Shown here one piece after another: positions 1-9,436 of a DNA stretch of 64,000 nt; within the stretch, counting starts at the first letter, position 1, and each line of letters opens with the position of its first letter. Under the pieces are notes generated by a model, which saw nothing but the letters and a program-made list of their open reading frames with translations, had not been told where the DNA came from and searched no databases. The DNA is from an uncultured delta proteobacterium. Lineage in GTDB: Bacteria > Desulfobacterota > Syntrophia > Syntrophales > Smithellaceae. The DNA lies in NCBI GenBank assembly GCA_903907985.1, contig CAIVQG010000057.1, forward strand, positions 78,614 through 142,613, written 5' to 3'. A program made the position numbers and the translations under genes.

Positions 1-51
1 GCAGTTCTTCGCTGTCATCGTTCTGTTTCTTGCCAAACTTTTGCTCTCTTA

Positions 52-1110
52 TTATCCGGTCTGTACTGAAAAATATTTCTTTTTAAATTTCAAAGCCACA
101 TTAACCAGGATAATTAGCACCGGCACTTCAATTAGCGGTCCGATTACCGTGGCAAAAGCCTGGCCGGAACCTATGCCCCAGATGGCAATGGCTACTGCGA
201 TGGCCAGCTCGAAATCATTACTTCCAGCAGTGAAGGATACAGCACAGGTTTGAGCATAATTGCCTCCGATCTTTCTGACAACAAAAAAGGTCGCAAACCA
301 CATAAAAGCGAAATAAAGCGTCATCGGTATTCCCACGATCAACACATCAACCGGCGATTCAATTATCTTGTTGCCCTGGGTGGAAAACATTACCACAATG
401 GTAAAAAGCAATGCTACAAGTGTCAAAGGAGAAAGCTTCGGCATAAAAACCTTATTAAACCAATCCTCGCCCTTCCAGTAAATAAGGGAGTAGCGGGTAA
501 TCAATCCCGCCAGAAACGGGATACCCAGATAGACAAAAACTGTTTTGGCCGACTCTGCCATGGATATGTTGATGTTGACGGTCTGAGCCAGACCTAGCCA
601 GTTGAGCATCACAGTGATAAAGAAATATATATAGACGGCATAAAAGAGGACCTGCGTAATGGCATTGAAAGCCACAAGACCAACAGCAAATTCTCTGTCG
701 CCGCCTGCAAGTTCATTCCACACGATAACCATGGCGATGCAACGAGCGAGACCAACCAGAATGACGCCGATCATATATTCCGGATAATTATGAAGGAAGA
801 TGATGGCAAGAACAAACATGACAATGGGGCCGATCACCCAGTTTTGTAAAAGAGAAATAAACAGAAGCTTTTTGTTCTTGAAAACCTTACCCATCTCCTC
901 ATACTTAACCCGTGCCAGAGGGGGGTACATCATCAGAATGAGACCGAGGGCAATAGGAATAGAGGTTGTACCGACTTGCAGACCGGTAATAAATTTGGCG
1001 GCCGTGGGAAGAAAATAGCCAAGGGCAATACCCACGCCAATGGCTATAAAAATCCAAAGAGTTAAAAAACGATCCAGAAACGACAACTTTTTCATAATCT
1101 GCTCAGACAT
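52..1110 (-). CDS. acr3: Arsenite efflux transporter, ACR3 family
   Basis: 352-aa polytopic membrane ORF with ACR3-type sequence ([27 protein letters not shown]). It is the last gene of an ArsR-headed minus-strand cluster, 10 nt after arsC. Confidence 0.9.
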   Translation of the reverse strand: MSEQIMKKLSFLDRFLTLWIFIAIGVGIALGYFLPTAAKFITGLQVGTTSIPIALGLILMMYPPLARVKYEEMGKVFKNKKLLFISLLQNWVIGPIVMFVLAIIFLHNYPEYMIGVILVGLARCIAMVIVWNELAGGDREFAVGLVAFNAITQVLFYAVYIYFFITVMLNWLGLAQTVNINISMAESAKTVFVYLGIPFLAGLITRYSLIYWKGEDWFNKVFMPKLSPLTLVALLFTIVVMFSTQGNKIIESPVDVLIVGIPMTLYFAFMWFATFFVVRKIGGNYAQTCAVSFTAGSNDFELAIAVAIAIWGIGSGQAFATVIGPLIEVPVLIILVNVALKFKKKYFSVQTG

Positions 1111-1120
1111 AATTTCCTCC

Positions 1121-1546
1121 TCAATAAATTATCAATTCTGCTTTTAAAAAGTTAGTGAGTTTTTCTTTAATCTCATCGCGCACACGGCGGAATTCGCACA
1201 GACTCTCATTGTGTGTACCTGCGACTTTCGCCGGGTCGTCAAAACCGATATGCGTTTTCTTGGTACCGCCGATATACAGCGGACAGGTTTCATTGGCGTC
1301 GCCGCATAGCGTAATGACATAATCAAAACTCTGTCCATCGAATTTCGACAAATTTTTGGATTGATGTTTTGAAATATCAATGCCGATCTCTTGCATAACT
1401 TCAATGGATGTCGGGTTAACAAACGACTCTTGCGTACCTGCGGAAAATGCGTCTACTTGATCACTCCAATAATAATTGGCAATTCCTTCCGCCATCTGAG
1501 AGCGGCTGGAGTTATCAGTGCATAAAAATAAAACCCTTTTTTTCAT
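1121..1546 (-). CDS. arsC: Arsenate reductase, LMW-PTPase (thioredoxin-coupled) type
   Basis: 141 aa with P-loop [16 protein letters not shown] (CX5R) and a downstream Cys region ([12 protein letters not shown]). Confidence 0.85.
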   Translation of the reverse strand: MKKRVLFLCTDNSSRSQMAEGIANYYWSDQVDAFSAGTQESFVNPTSIEVMQEIGIDISKHQSKNLSKFDGQSFDYVITLCGDANETCPLYIGGTKKTHIGFDDPAKVAGTHNESLCEFRRVRDEIKEKLTNFLKAELIIY

Positions 1547-1560
1547 CCGATTCTATCTAC

Positions 1561-2268
1561 TTAAATAAAATTCATTGCAATTAAATAAACTCCCCCTAAT
1601 ATAACAAGAGCGCCGCAAATCTTTTTCAGAATATCCGCGCCTTTTGATTTTTCCGTCCAATGCAGATAGTGCTGCACAACTTCCGTAAAAGTACCGGCAA
1701 AAACAAGAACCGCGCAGTGCCCGATACCGTAAGCCAGAAGCAGGGAAAGTGCAAAAACAATTTGAGTAGATGCCATGTTGAAAACAACGCCCAACATAGT
1801 GGCCATGTAAGCAAAGGTGCAAGGCCCCAGAGCAATGCCGAATATCAGCCCTAGAACGAAAGCCGCCAGCAAACCTTTTCTTTTATAATCAGGATTCGCA
1901 CCGCCTTCCATAAAAGGCAGAGACAGAACTCCGAGCAAATTGAGGCCCACAGCAAAGAACACTATCGCCACAAAGTAATTGCCATAGCCACCGATATCGC
2001 CGATCATTCTTCCCGCAAGTCCGGTAATGAGTCCGATGACGCCAATCGTAATCAGGATGCCTGATCCGAAAAGCAACGAAAGGATGAAGGCGCGTCCTGT
2101 GGTGATGTTTCCCTGACCGTCAATGAAACCGACAATCAGAGGGATACACGCGATATGACAAGGCGACAGAATAACCGAAAGCACCCCCCAGACAAACGCA
2201 GCCCCAATGGCAATTTCGGGCGATTGCGTGAGAGCCTGCGAAAGCCAGGTAAAAAGCTCAACGATCAT
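1561..2268 (-). CDS. ccdA: CcdA/DsbD-family thiol:disulfide electron-transfer membrane protein
   Basis: 235 aa, about 6 TM, with two conserved intramembrane Cys contexts (LSPCHIACIPL and ALGPCTFAYM). Confidence 0.75.
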   Translation of the reverse strand: MIVELFTWLSQALTQSPEIAIGAAFVWGVLSVILSPCHIACIPLIVGFIDGQGNITTGRAFILSLLFGSGILITIGVIGLITGLAGRMIGDIGGYGNYFVAIVFFAVGLNLLGVLSLPFMEGGANPDYKRKGLLAAFVLGLIFGIALGPCTFAYMATMLGVVFNMASTQIVFALSLLLAYGIGHCAVLVFAGTFTEVVQHYLHWTEKSKGADILKKICGALVILGGVYLIAMNFI

Positions 2269-2709
2269 TTACTTGACTCCTTGCATTTTGATGACCTTGA
2301 CAACATCATCTTTAGGGAAAAAACCCTCATGACGAAAATATTCCTTGCCTTTTGGGTCCAGAAAGACCTGAGTGGGAATCATCCTGATATTGTATTTCTC
2401 GGCATCATCTCTCCCTTTGGGCGTCCAGACATCGTGAAAAACAACCTTGACCTGACCCTTATATTCTTCTTCCACCGCTTTCATGATCGGCTGCATGGCC
2501 TTGCAGGGAATGCACTTGGCAGCACCAATTTCTACAAAGGTAACTAATACATTATCAGATTTTGTCGCTGATTCATCAGTCTTTGCTTTTTTCGATTTAC
2601 CGGAAGAGCTTTGCGCGACTGCATAGTGACAATCAACCGAAAGTGAAACAAAAGCAAAGGCAGTCAAAAGTGAAATAGTTACGATAAATAGTTTTGGACG
2701 CAATTCCAT
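2269..2709 (-). CDS. Exported thioredoxin-fold protein
   Basis: 146 aa with an N-terminal signal/anchor (LFIVTISLLTAFAFVSL) and a CxxC motif (AAKCIPCKAM). Its stop abuts the ccdA start. Confidence 0.7.
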   Translation of the reverse strand: MELRPKLFIVTISLLTAFAFVSLSVDCHYAVAQSSSGKSKKAKTDESATKSDNVLVTFVEIGAAKCIPCKAMQPIMKAVEEEYKGQVKVVFHDVWTPKGRDDAEKYNIRMIPTQVFLDPKGKEYFRHEGFFPKDDVVKVIKMQGVK

Positions 2710-2789
2710 GTTTAAAAATCTCCTTAATACTGAAGCACAATGATTCCATTCTAAATTCTTGCTTATGAATTATGTCTCCTGAAATACAC

Positions 2790-3206
2790 CTAGCATTTAC
2801 CACCGCAGCCACAACCGCCGTTTATTCTTCCCTCTGGAACCGCTTTGGTACCATTGGTGCTCTTGATTTTTTCACACATCCGGGTAACTATTTCATCTGA
2901 AACAGGACTTTCTCCCTTAACGAGTCCGAACTCCGTCAAAACATAAGACGTCAGGGCAACTTCTATTCGCTCCAGCGTCTTTTTCGCGCAGGCTTTTTTG
3001 CATCCGTCAATAGTGATATTTTCATCAGCACCTTTTGCCGATTGGACATATCCGGACAATCCCGCGCCAACACCAGCCAGACATGTCATTTTAGCAAATC
3101 CCTCGGCGCGCAACTTTCGTGCTACTCTGTCGGCAATCTCGCCCACATCGGCCGCACCGGAGCATGCATAAATTAATTTCGCTTCAGTTCCACAACATTC
3201 AGCCAT
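2790..3206 (-). CDS. DGC-domain Cys-rich (putative zinc-binding) protein
   Basis: 138 aa with an ITIDGCKKACAKK (DGC) motif, an N-terminal MAECCG and a C-terminal GGCGCGGKC. Confidence 0.6.
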   Translation of the reverse strand: MAECCGTEAKLIYACSGAADVGEIADRVARKLRAEGFAKMTCLAGVGAGLSGYVQSAKGADENITIDGCKKACAKKTLERIEVALTSYVLTEFGLVKGESPVSDEIVTRMCEKIKSTNGTKAVPEGRINGGCGCGGKC

Positions 3207-3231
3207 GATATCTCTCCTTTTTAGACATATT

Positions 3232-4281
3232 TTAATAGATTATATTAAACAGAAATCCCACAATCATAATGCCTGTGGCAACAACGCTGACAAAAATTAT
3301 GATCAGGGGAAGTTTAATTACTTTCTTCAAGATGATCATTTCGGGAAGCGATAGCCCGATCACAGACATCATAAAAGCCAGCGCAGTTCCCAGCGAAGCG
3401 CCTTTTTCCAGGAGCGCCTGGAGAATCGGGATAATGCCCGCCGCATTGGAATACAGGGGTACACCGATCAGGACAGCCAGAGGCACCGACCACCACGCTT
3501 CTTTACCCATAATCGAGGCCATAAAGTTTTCCGGCACATAACCATGGACAGTGGCACCAACGGCAATGCCTGCTACAATATAAATCCAGACCTTGGAAAC
3601 GATATCGACAACAGCCGTATGTCCCGCTTGGATTCTATCGTAAAAGGTGACTTTCACTTCTTCAATTTGAAAGTCACCGGCTTTTATTTCATAGACCCAC
3701 GGCTCGACAAAACGCTCTACCTTCAATTTTCCGATAACCCAGCCCGAAATTATGGCAATAAGCAAACCAGTGGATGCATAGAGCAGAGCTGTTTTCCAAC
3801 CGAAAAGGCCGAACAAGAGGACCAGCGCTACTTCATTAATCATCGGCGCGGCCACCAGAAAGGAGAATGTCACACCCAGCGGAATGCCGCTTTCCACAAA
3901 GCCGATAAAAAGAGGAATTGCGGAACAGGAACAAAACGGAGTTACAATTCCCAACAGGCTCGCCATTACATTACCGATAAAAAGAGGCTTTCCTTCCAGG
4001 GCTTTTCTGGTTTTTTCCGGAGAAAAATAAGAACGGATGATACCCACGACAAAAACAATCACGGTGAGCAATAGCAGCACTTTAGGGGTATCATAAAGGA
4101 AGAATCTTATCGACTCAGTCAGATGCGCGCCTTTATCTAATCGAAAAACATTATCCACTAAAAAATTAACGCCAGCTTCCAAAAATACATAGACGACAAC
4201 GGCCAAGGGAATCAGAAAAAGGGGCCAATAGCTTTTAAGATTTGTTTTCTTGCTAGTCTCAATATTACAAAGCTCGGTCAT
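3232..4281 (-). CDS. COG0701/ArsP-like permease
   Basis: 349 aa, multi-TM, with the TPFCSCSAIPLF motif typical of this permease family. The family is usually found with arsR and a small thioredoxin-like gene. Confidence 0.7.
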   Translation of the reverse strand: MTELCNIETSKKTNLKSYWPLFLIPLAVVVYVFLEAGVNFLVDNVFRLDKGAHLTESIRFFLYDTPKVLLLLTVIVFVVGIIRSYFSPEKTRKALEGKPLFIGNVMASLLGIVTPFCSCSAIPLFIGFVESGIPLGVTFSFLVAAPMINEVALVLLFGLFGWKTALLYASTGLLIAIISGWVIGKLKVERFVEPWVYEIKAGDFQIEEVKVTFYDRIQAGHTAVVDIVSKVWIYIVAGIAVGATVHGYVPENFMASIMGKEAWWSVPLAVLIGVPLYSNAAGIIPILQALLEKGASLGTALAFMMSVIGLSLPEMIILKKVIKLPLIIIFVSVVATGIMIVGFLFNIIY

Positions 4282-4283
4282 GC

Positions 4284-4520
4284 TTATTTACCACCAAGCC
4301 ATTTCATGATTTCATCTTTTGCCGGAATTTTGCCGGCAGCTTTGACTTCTCCGTCTATCACAAGCGCCGGTGTTGTCATCACCCCGTAGGTCATGATCTT
4401 TTTGATGTCGTCAACCTTGTTGACTTCAGCAATAACACCAGTTTCCTTGACTGTTGCCCGAACAAGCTCATCGAGTTTATGACATTTGGCACAACCCGTT
4501 CCTAATATTTCTATTTTCAC
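4284..4520 (-). CDS. Small thioredoxin-fold protein (redox-active disulfide protein 2 type)
   Basis: 78 aa with an N-terminal GTGCAKCHKL CxxC, lying 2 nt upstream of the permease. Confidence 0.75.
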   Translation of the reverse strand: MKIEILGTGCAKCHKLDELVRATVKETGVIAEVNKVDDIKKIMTYGVMTTPALVIDGEVKAAGKIPAKDEIMKWLGGK

Positions 4521-4532
4521 GTTTAACCTCCT

Positions 4533-4865
4533 TTATTTTTTACAGCACTTTAAAATATGCGCATGTTCTTTGGCATTGGCCGATAATACATCTTCCACAC
4601 AACCAATAAAATCCATAACGCACGGACAACGCAATGTATAGTAAATGGAATTTGCCCTTTTTTCGTCGGATACCAGACCCGCATTTTTCAGAACACTCAA
4701 GTGCTTGGATACTGTCGAGGCGTCCGCTCCGATCATTTCCGTGAGATCTCCGACACAGCGCTCCCCCTTATGGAGTTCTTCAATAATAAACAACCGGCTG
4801 GGATGCGCCATCGCCTTAATTACTTTTGCCCACGCTTCATGTTTTGTATTTATTCTGCTGGCCAT
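4533..4865 (-). CDS. arsR: ArsR/SmtB-family metalloregulator
   Basis: 110 aa with a wHTH (HPSRLFIIEELHKGERCVGDLTEMIG...SKHLSVLKNAGLV) and extra C-terminal cysteines (RCPCVMDFIGC, KCCKK). It is the first gene of the operon. Confidence 0.85.
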   Translation of the reverse strand: MASRINTKHEAWAKVIKAMAHPSRLFIIEELHKGERCVGDLTEMIGADASTVSKHLSVLKNAGLVSDEKRANSIYYTLRCPCVMDFIGCVEDVLSANAKEHAHILKCCKK

Positions 4866-4887
4866 TTTTTCCTTTCCTTTCTTAACC

Positions 4888-4909
4888 TATTTGGCTAAAT
4901 AGCCAAATA
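4888..4909. promoter_or_regulatory. Candidate ArsR operator (perfect palindrome)
   Basis: TATTTGGCTA-AA-TAGCCAAATA is a perfect 10-bp inverted repeat with a 2-nt spacer, 23 nt upstream of the arsR start codon. Confidence 0.45.
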
Positions 4910-5347
4910 GCCATGCGTTGTCAAGAAGATTTCACATCGTTAATCGCTGCTTGCAGGAGTCAATTGGCGAATTACCAACTTTCGTGTTTTTCCCAAAACC
5001 ATAATTGACAATCAAATCCATTTGAGCTTGAGGTAGTGCATCAGTTCGATTTAACAGACCAAGTAATGATTTTATATATAAATATGGCTGGATGATATTT
5101 TTCTCATTCAACCATTATTTCATTGACGCGCAGTGCTCTTCCTTTTATACTCCCCCACCTCAGAAGCAATCTCTGACCAAACTATATAGAAAAGCCGGAA
5201 GGAAACAACAACCACGGGTATGAACCCTAAAGTAAGCTTTAAAAATAAATTTTGCAGAAAGCTGCCGGGTATCATACCCTACGCTGTGCGGGATTGTTCA
5301 ACTTACCAATTCCGATACGCTACGCTTTCGGAATTGGAGTTTCACAA

Positions 5348-7534
5348 ATGAAGTACACGAAGACACCTCTTAATCATGGTTATACCAATCACATTCTGAC
5401 GATAGATTTGGGGAAAAGCGCTATTGCCATGCAGCCGCTCGATCCGCAGATTCGGGATTATTTCATCGGCGGCAGAGGTCTGGGGCTCTATCTGCTGCAC
5501 CTGGGAATAACCTCAGCAACAACCGCTGACGCTCCGGAAAATCCACTGATTTTTGCACCGGGACCGCTCGGCGGCGTTCCGCAATTTCCGGGAACAAGCA
5601 AGTGCATGGCCATATCTTTATCTCCGCTCACTCATATTCCCGGTGTTTCCAATTTCGGCGGCCATTTCGGTGCTTACCTCAAATATGCCGGTTTCGACGC
5701 TCTGGAAATCTCCGGGATTGCCCAAAAGGATGTCATGATTGTCATCGACAGTTTCCGGGGCGAAATATCCATAATCGATGCTCCGGCAATTGATCAGGTA
5801 TTTGATCTGGAGCAGGCAATTGTTGAGCAATTTGTGCAGTCAGGCCGCGAAAAGAAAGATATCGTCTTTTTAACAACCGGCGTGGGCGCGGCAAACACTA
5901 CCTATGGCTGCATCAACAGTCATTATTTCGATGCGGTTAAGCCCGTGGATGGAACAAAAGGTCTTTTCCGGACAAAACAGGCCGGACGCACGGGCCTCGG
6001 CTCGGTTATGATGCATAAAAACATTCGGGCTGTAGTTGTCCTTGCGCAATATCCGCATGGCGATAATCCTTATGGGGCGGCAGATTGGAATAAAGTAAAG
6101 CAGGCCGGATTAAAACTCCACAAAATCGTCAAGGAGGTTGATCCGCAATCGCTTAGAATGTCGCGCAAAGGTTCGGCCGGACTGATCTCTTTCATGAATA
6201 AGGATGAATACCAATCACTGCCGGTAAAAAATTATCAGTTCGGTTCTGACCCGCAGGCGGGAAATATCTGTGGGAAATTTTATGAGGAGCATCTTTTCGA
6301 CCACCGGGGCATGGATGGCTGCTTCCCCGGTTGCAATCTGCGCTGCACTAAAGGCGGCTGGGTAACATTGGCATCCGGCGAGCATAGTGGAAAAAAGGTA
6401 TGGGTGGACGGCCCCGAGTATGAAACGGCCGCCGCTTTCGGCTCCAATCTCGGTGTTTGGCATCCAGAATTTATCATGGAAGCCAACTGGCATTGCGATA
6501 ATTACGGCATTGATACTATCACTACAGCCGTAATCATGTCCTTCCTGATGGAATGCTACCAGAGAGGATATCTGCTAGCCGCAGATACTGACGGCTTTAC
6601 GCTCACCTGGGGCGATGAAGAAGCCTCTCTGGCGTTTATCCATCAGATCGCCCGCAGAGAAACTGCTCTGGCCCAAATTGCCGGCAGGAGCATGGTCGAA
6701 TTGATCACCTGGATCGCCGCTAAATACGTCGCCAGAACAGGTAAGCCTGATCCCCGGGGCGAGCTCGAACAGTTTGCCATGCAGACCAAGGGGCTGCCAT
6801 TCTCTCTTTACCGGACGCACCGGTCTTTATCCATGCAGGCATCCTATGCGGCAGCCAGTGACATCGGGGCGCATCATGCCGCCGCCTGGCTGGTCAAGGT
6901 GGATCTGCTGGGCGCCTTTCCATCCTTTGAATCAAAGGCACAGGCATTAATCACCTATCCGCGCGTTCGTCTGGGCAATGACAATCTGGGACTTTGCAAG
7001 CTGCCCTGGGTGGATGTTTTCAATCCTGATTCCGGAAAACGCACGGATACGGATATATATATCAACCCCGCATCGCAGGAAATCTATGCTGATTTTTATA
7101 ACGGTATGCTGGGCACCAATATGACTTGGGAAAAGATATTCGAGCAGACAGACCGGGATATCAATTTGCAGCGGGTAATGAATGTTTTGGCCTTTGGCGC
7201 CCAGACCGGCGAGCACGACTGGATTCCGGACAGGGCTATCGGCCCTACGGAAGATTCTCTTTACGATGCTGAAAAAGAATATAACGATGGGCAGCTAAGT
7301 AAGATTCTTAATAAACCTTTAGCCGATGTTACCGGAATGGAAACAGCCGGGAAACGGGAATTTCTGATGAAGCATCGCAAGGAAGAATTACGAAAATTAA
7401 TTGCAGTGTATTACGCGCAGCGAGGCTGGACTGCCACAGGAATTCCGACTGTCGCCACTATCAAACAAATCGGATTGTGGAATTTTCTCAATGAGGAGAC
7501 CAGAACAAAAATAGCTGCACTCAACGAACAATAA
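5348..7534 (+). CDS. aor: Aldehyde:ferredoxin oxidoreductase (tungsten/pterin AOR family)
   Basis: AOR-family sequence throughout (N-terminal NHILTIDL...GGRGLG; central GPEYETAAAFGSNLG). I chose the ATG at 5348, preceded by GGAG, over the TTG at 5252 used by the ORF track. Confidence 0.8.
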   Translation: MKYTKTPLNHGYTNHILTIDLGKSAIAMQPLDPQIRDYFIGGRGLGLYLLHLGITSATTADAPENPLIFAPGPLGGVPQFPGTSKCMAISLSPLTHIPGVSNFGGHFGAYLKYAGFDALEISGIAQKDVMIVIDSFRGEISIIDAPAIDQVFDLEQAIVEQFVQSGREKKDIVFLTTGVGAANTTYGCINSHYFDAVKPVDGTKGLFRTKQAGRTGLGSVMMHKNIRAVVVLAQYPHGDNPYGAADWNKVKQAGLKLHKIVKEVDPQSLRMSRKGSAGLISFMNKDEYQSLPVKNYQFGSDPQAGNICGKFYEEHLFDHRGMDGCFPGCNLRCTKGGWVTLASGEHSGKKVWVDGPEYETAAAFGSNLGVWHPEFIMEANWHCDNYGIDTITTAVIMSFLMECYQRGYLLAADTDGFTLTWGDEEASLAFIHQIARRETALAQIAGRSMVELITWIAAKYVARTGKPDPRGELEQFAMQTKGLPFSLYRTHRSLSMQASYAAASDIGAHHAAAWLVKVDLLGAFPSFESKAQALITYPRVRLGNDNLGLCKLPWVDVFNPDSGKRTDTDIYINPASQEIYADFYNGMLGTNMTWEKIFEQTDRDINLQRVMNVLAFGAQTGEHDWIPDRAIGPTEDSLYDAEKEYNDGQLSKILNKPLADVTGMETAGKREFLMKHRKEELRKLIAVYYAQRGWTATGIPTVATIKQIGLWNFLNEETRTKIAALNEQ

Positions 7535-7620
7535 CAGACATGAACCCCTGCTTATAGACTGTGTTGTAATAGCTAAAGATGCGTTTTCAAGACTCCCCTT
7601 TAATAATTTCTTTTTTTCTC

Positions 7621-7653
7621 TTGACAAATTCAATTATAGTTGTATAATACAAC
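7621..7653 (+). promoter_or_regulatory. Sigma70-like promoter with overlapping palindromic operator
   Basis: TTGACA (7621-7626), a 16-nt spacer, then TATAAT (7643-7648). The perfect palindrome GTTGTAT-A-ATACAAC (7639-7653) overlaps the -10 box, as in autoregulated MarR promoters. Confidence 0.5.
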
Positions 7654-7654
7654 C

Positions 7655-8119
7655 ATGATAGTACAGATAAATGAAAAAAGTAGCGAGCTGATGGAAATAT
7701 TTATGGGTATGGCTCAGGTCACCCGCTGCTGCCGGCAGGATGTGGCCTTTTGTGAGGGCGTAACATTTCATCAGTTTATGATCCTCGATGCCGTAGCCAA
7801 ACGCAAAGAGCTTAATATGGCTGATTTGCATACAATTCTCGCCGTGGAAAAGAGCACAACCACCCGCCTGGTTAATCCTTTAATTTCCAAAGGACTTTTA
7901 AGGCGCGATAAGGCCCTTCACGATTCGCGCGCGGCAACGCTTTTCCTGACCGAGGAGGGCAGAAAAATTCATCAAAATGTTTCCCTGTGTCTGGCCGGTT
8001 TTTTCCAGAAAATAAACCAGAATATCCCTAAAGAAAGAAGAGCAGATGTTTTGGAATCAATTACAATTTTCATTACAGCAATAAAAAATTCGGCGGCTGG
8101 CTATAGCTGCTGTGAATAG
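7655..8119 (+). CDS. MarR-family transcriptional regulator with N- and C-terminal vicinal Cys pairs
   Basis: MarR wHTH (FHQFMILDAVAKRKELNMADLHTILAVEKSTTTRLVNPLISKGLLRR...DSRAATLFLTEEG), with RCC near the N-terminus and SCCE at the C-terminus. The start is uncertain: 7640 TTG, 7655 ATG or 7691 ATG. The stop overlaps the hgcA ORF. Confidence 0.8.
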   Translation: MIVQINEKSSELMEIFMGMAQVTRCCRQDVAFCEGVTFHQFMILDAVAKRKELNMADLHTILAVEKSTTTRLVNPLISKGLLRRDKALHDSRAATLFLTEEGRKIHQNVSLCLAGFFQKINQNIPKERRADVLESITIFITAIKNSAAGYSCCE

Positions 8120-8132
8120 AAAGGATACAATA

Positions 8133-9293
8133 ATGAATATAAAAGACGGTTGTTCCAGTTGCGGAAGTCAAATAATATTGCCGGTAATTCAGGAGGAAGC
8201 CAGTTGTTGTTCAACAGCAAAAGAAGCTCAAAACAATACGCCGAGACTGGATCAACCTTTTGTTACCGGATCGATTTCAACAACAGCAGGCCGGATACCG
8301 CAGGTCTCGGCCCAATTGCAGAGCCGTGATCATTGGGGAACGGTTAGAGCCCGCTTTGGCGTCGGACGAATGGATTATATGGTTGACCCCGGCCTCTATG
8401 CCCTCGGTAATCCGGATAACAATTCACCGGTTTTGGTTACAGCCAATTATAAAATGAGCTTCGATTACCTGCGCAGGGAACTCTCACACAGAAACGCCTG
8501 GATTTTAGTGCTGGATACAAAAGGCATCAATGTCTGGTGCGCCGCCGGCAAGGGTACATTTGGTACGGAAGAACTGATAAAAAGAATCGAATTCAGCAGC
8601 CTGAAAAACATTGTCAGTCACCGGAAATTAATCCTGCCGCAACTGGGAGCGCCGGGAGTAGCCGGCCATACCGTGAAAAAGATCTCGGAATTTAAAGTGT
8701 ATTATGGCCCGGTCAGGGCGGAAGATTTGCCGGCCTATCTTGATTCCGGCTGGAAAACAACACCGGCAATGCGGATAATGACCTTCCCCTTAATAGACAG
8801 AGCAGTGCTGATTCCCATCGAACTTGTCGCTGCAGTAAAACCATTTTTGATTATTGCGCCTATTCTTTTTATTTTGAGCGGCATCGGCGGCCCGGCAGAA
8901 TTCTGGACCAACACAATTAATTATGGCTTGTTTGCAGTTCTTGCGCTTTTAGCTGCAATCGTAAGTGGAGTGGTGCTACATCCGCTGCTGCTGCCAATTC
9001 TGCCCGGACGCGCATTTTCGACTAAAGGTTTTTCTATAGGCTTTGTTGTTGCTTTCATTCTTCTTTATCTGCGGGATGTCAATTTACAGATCTGGTCAGG
9101 AAGAATCGAGGCTCTGGCCTGGCTGCTGATAATTCCGGCTGTATCGGCTTTTCTGGCGATGAATTTTACCGGTGCCTCGACTTATACATCTTTGTCGGGA
9201 GTAAAGAAGGAAATGCGCTGGGCGCTGCCCGCACAGATTTCCGCGGGCCTTGGTGGTCTGGCAATCTGGATAACATCGCGATTAATTGCTTAG
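8133..9293 (+). CDS. hgcA: Mercury methylation corrinoid protein HgcA
   Basis: Diagnostic cap-helix motif NVWCAAGK at 8529-8552, a corrinoid-binding-like N-domain and a C-terminal multi-TM domain, followed by hgcB. The ATG at 8133 has an AAAGGA RBS; the ORF opens at GTG 8112. Confidence 0.85.
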   Translation: MNIKDGCSSCGSQIILPVIQEEASCCSTAKEAQNNTPRLDQPFVTGSISTTAGRIPQVSAQLQSRDHWGTVRARFGVGRMDYMVDPGLYALGNPDNNSPVLVTANYKMSFDYLRRELSHRNAWILVLDTKGINVWCAAGKGTFGTEELIKRIEFSSLKNIVSHRKLILPQLGAPGVAGHTVKKISEFKVYYGPVRAEDLPAYLDSGWKTTPAMRIMTFPLIDRAVLIPIELVAAVKPFLIIAPILFILSGIGGPAEFWTNTINYGLFAVLALLAAIVSGVVLHPLLLPILPGRAFSTKGFSIGFVVAFILLYLRDVNLQIWSGRIEALAWLLIIPAVSAFLAMNFTGASTYTSLSGVKKEMRWALPAQISAGLGGLAIWITSRLIA

Positions 9294-9319
9294 GGATTTC
9301 ATAAGCTCTTTGTCATATA

Positions 9320-9357
9320 GACCGCAGGGAGATATCTTAAGATCCCTCACTGCGGTC
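9320..9357 (+). promoter_or_regulatory. Stable stem-loop in the hgcA-hgcB spacer
   Basis: GACCGCAG...CTGCGGTC forms an 8-bp outer stem enclosing a further GGGA/TCCC pairing. No T-run follows. Confidence 0.4.
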
Positions 9358-9436
9358 GGGACATGGATTTATCACTTTGTTACGAAATGACAGTACATAA
9401 CCGAATTGATGACGCTGTGCTTAGGAGGAATTTACA

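Noticed and set aside
5252-5347. A 32-codon N-terminal extension of the AOR ORF (TTG start in the track).
   Set aside because: The extension has no AOR-like sequence. An ATG at 5348 with a GGAG RBS begins the conserved N-terminus (MKYTKTPLNHGYTNHILTIDL).
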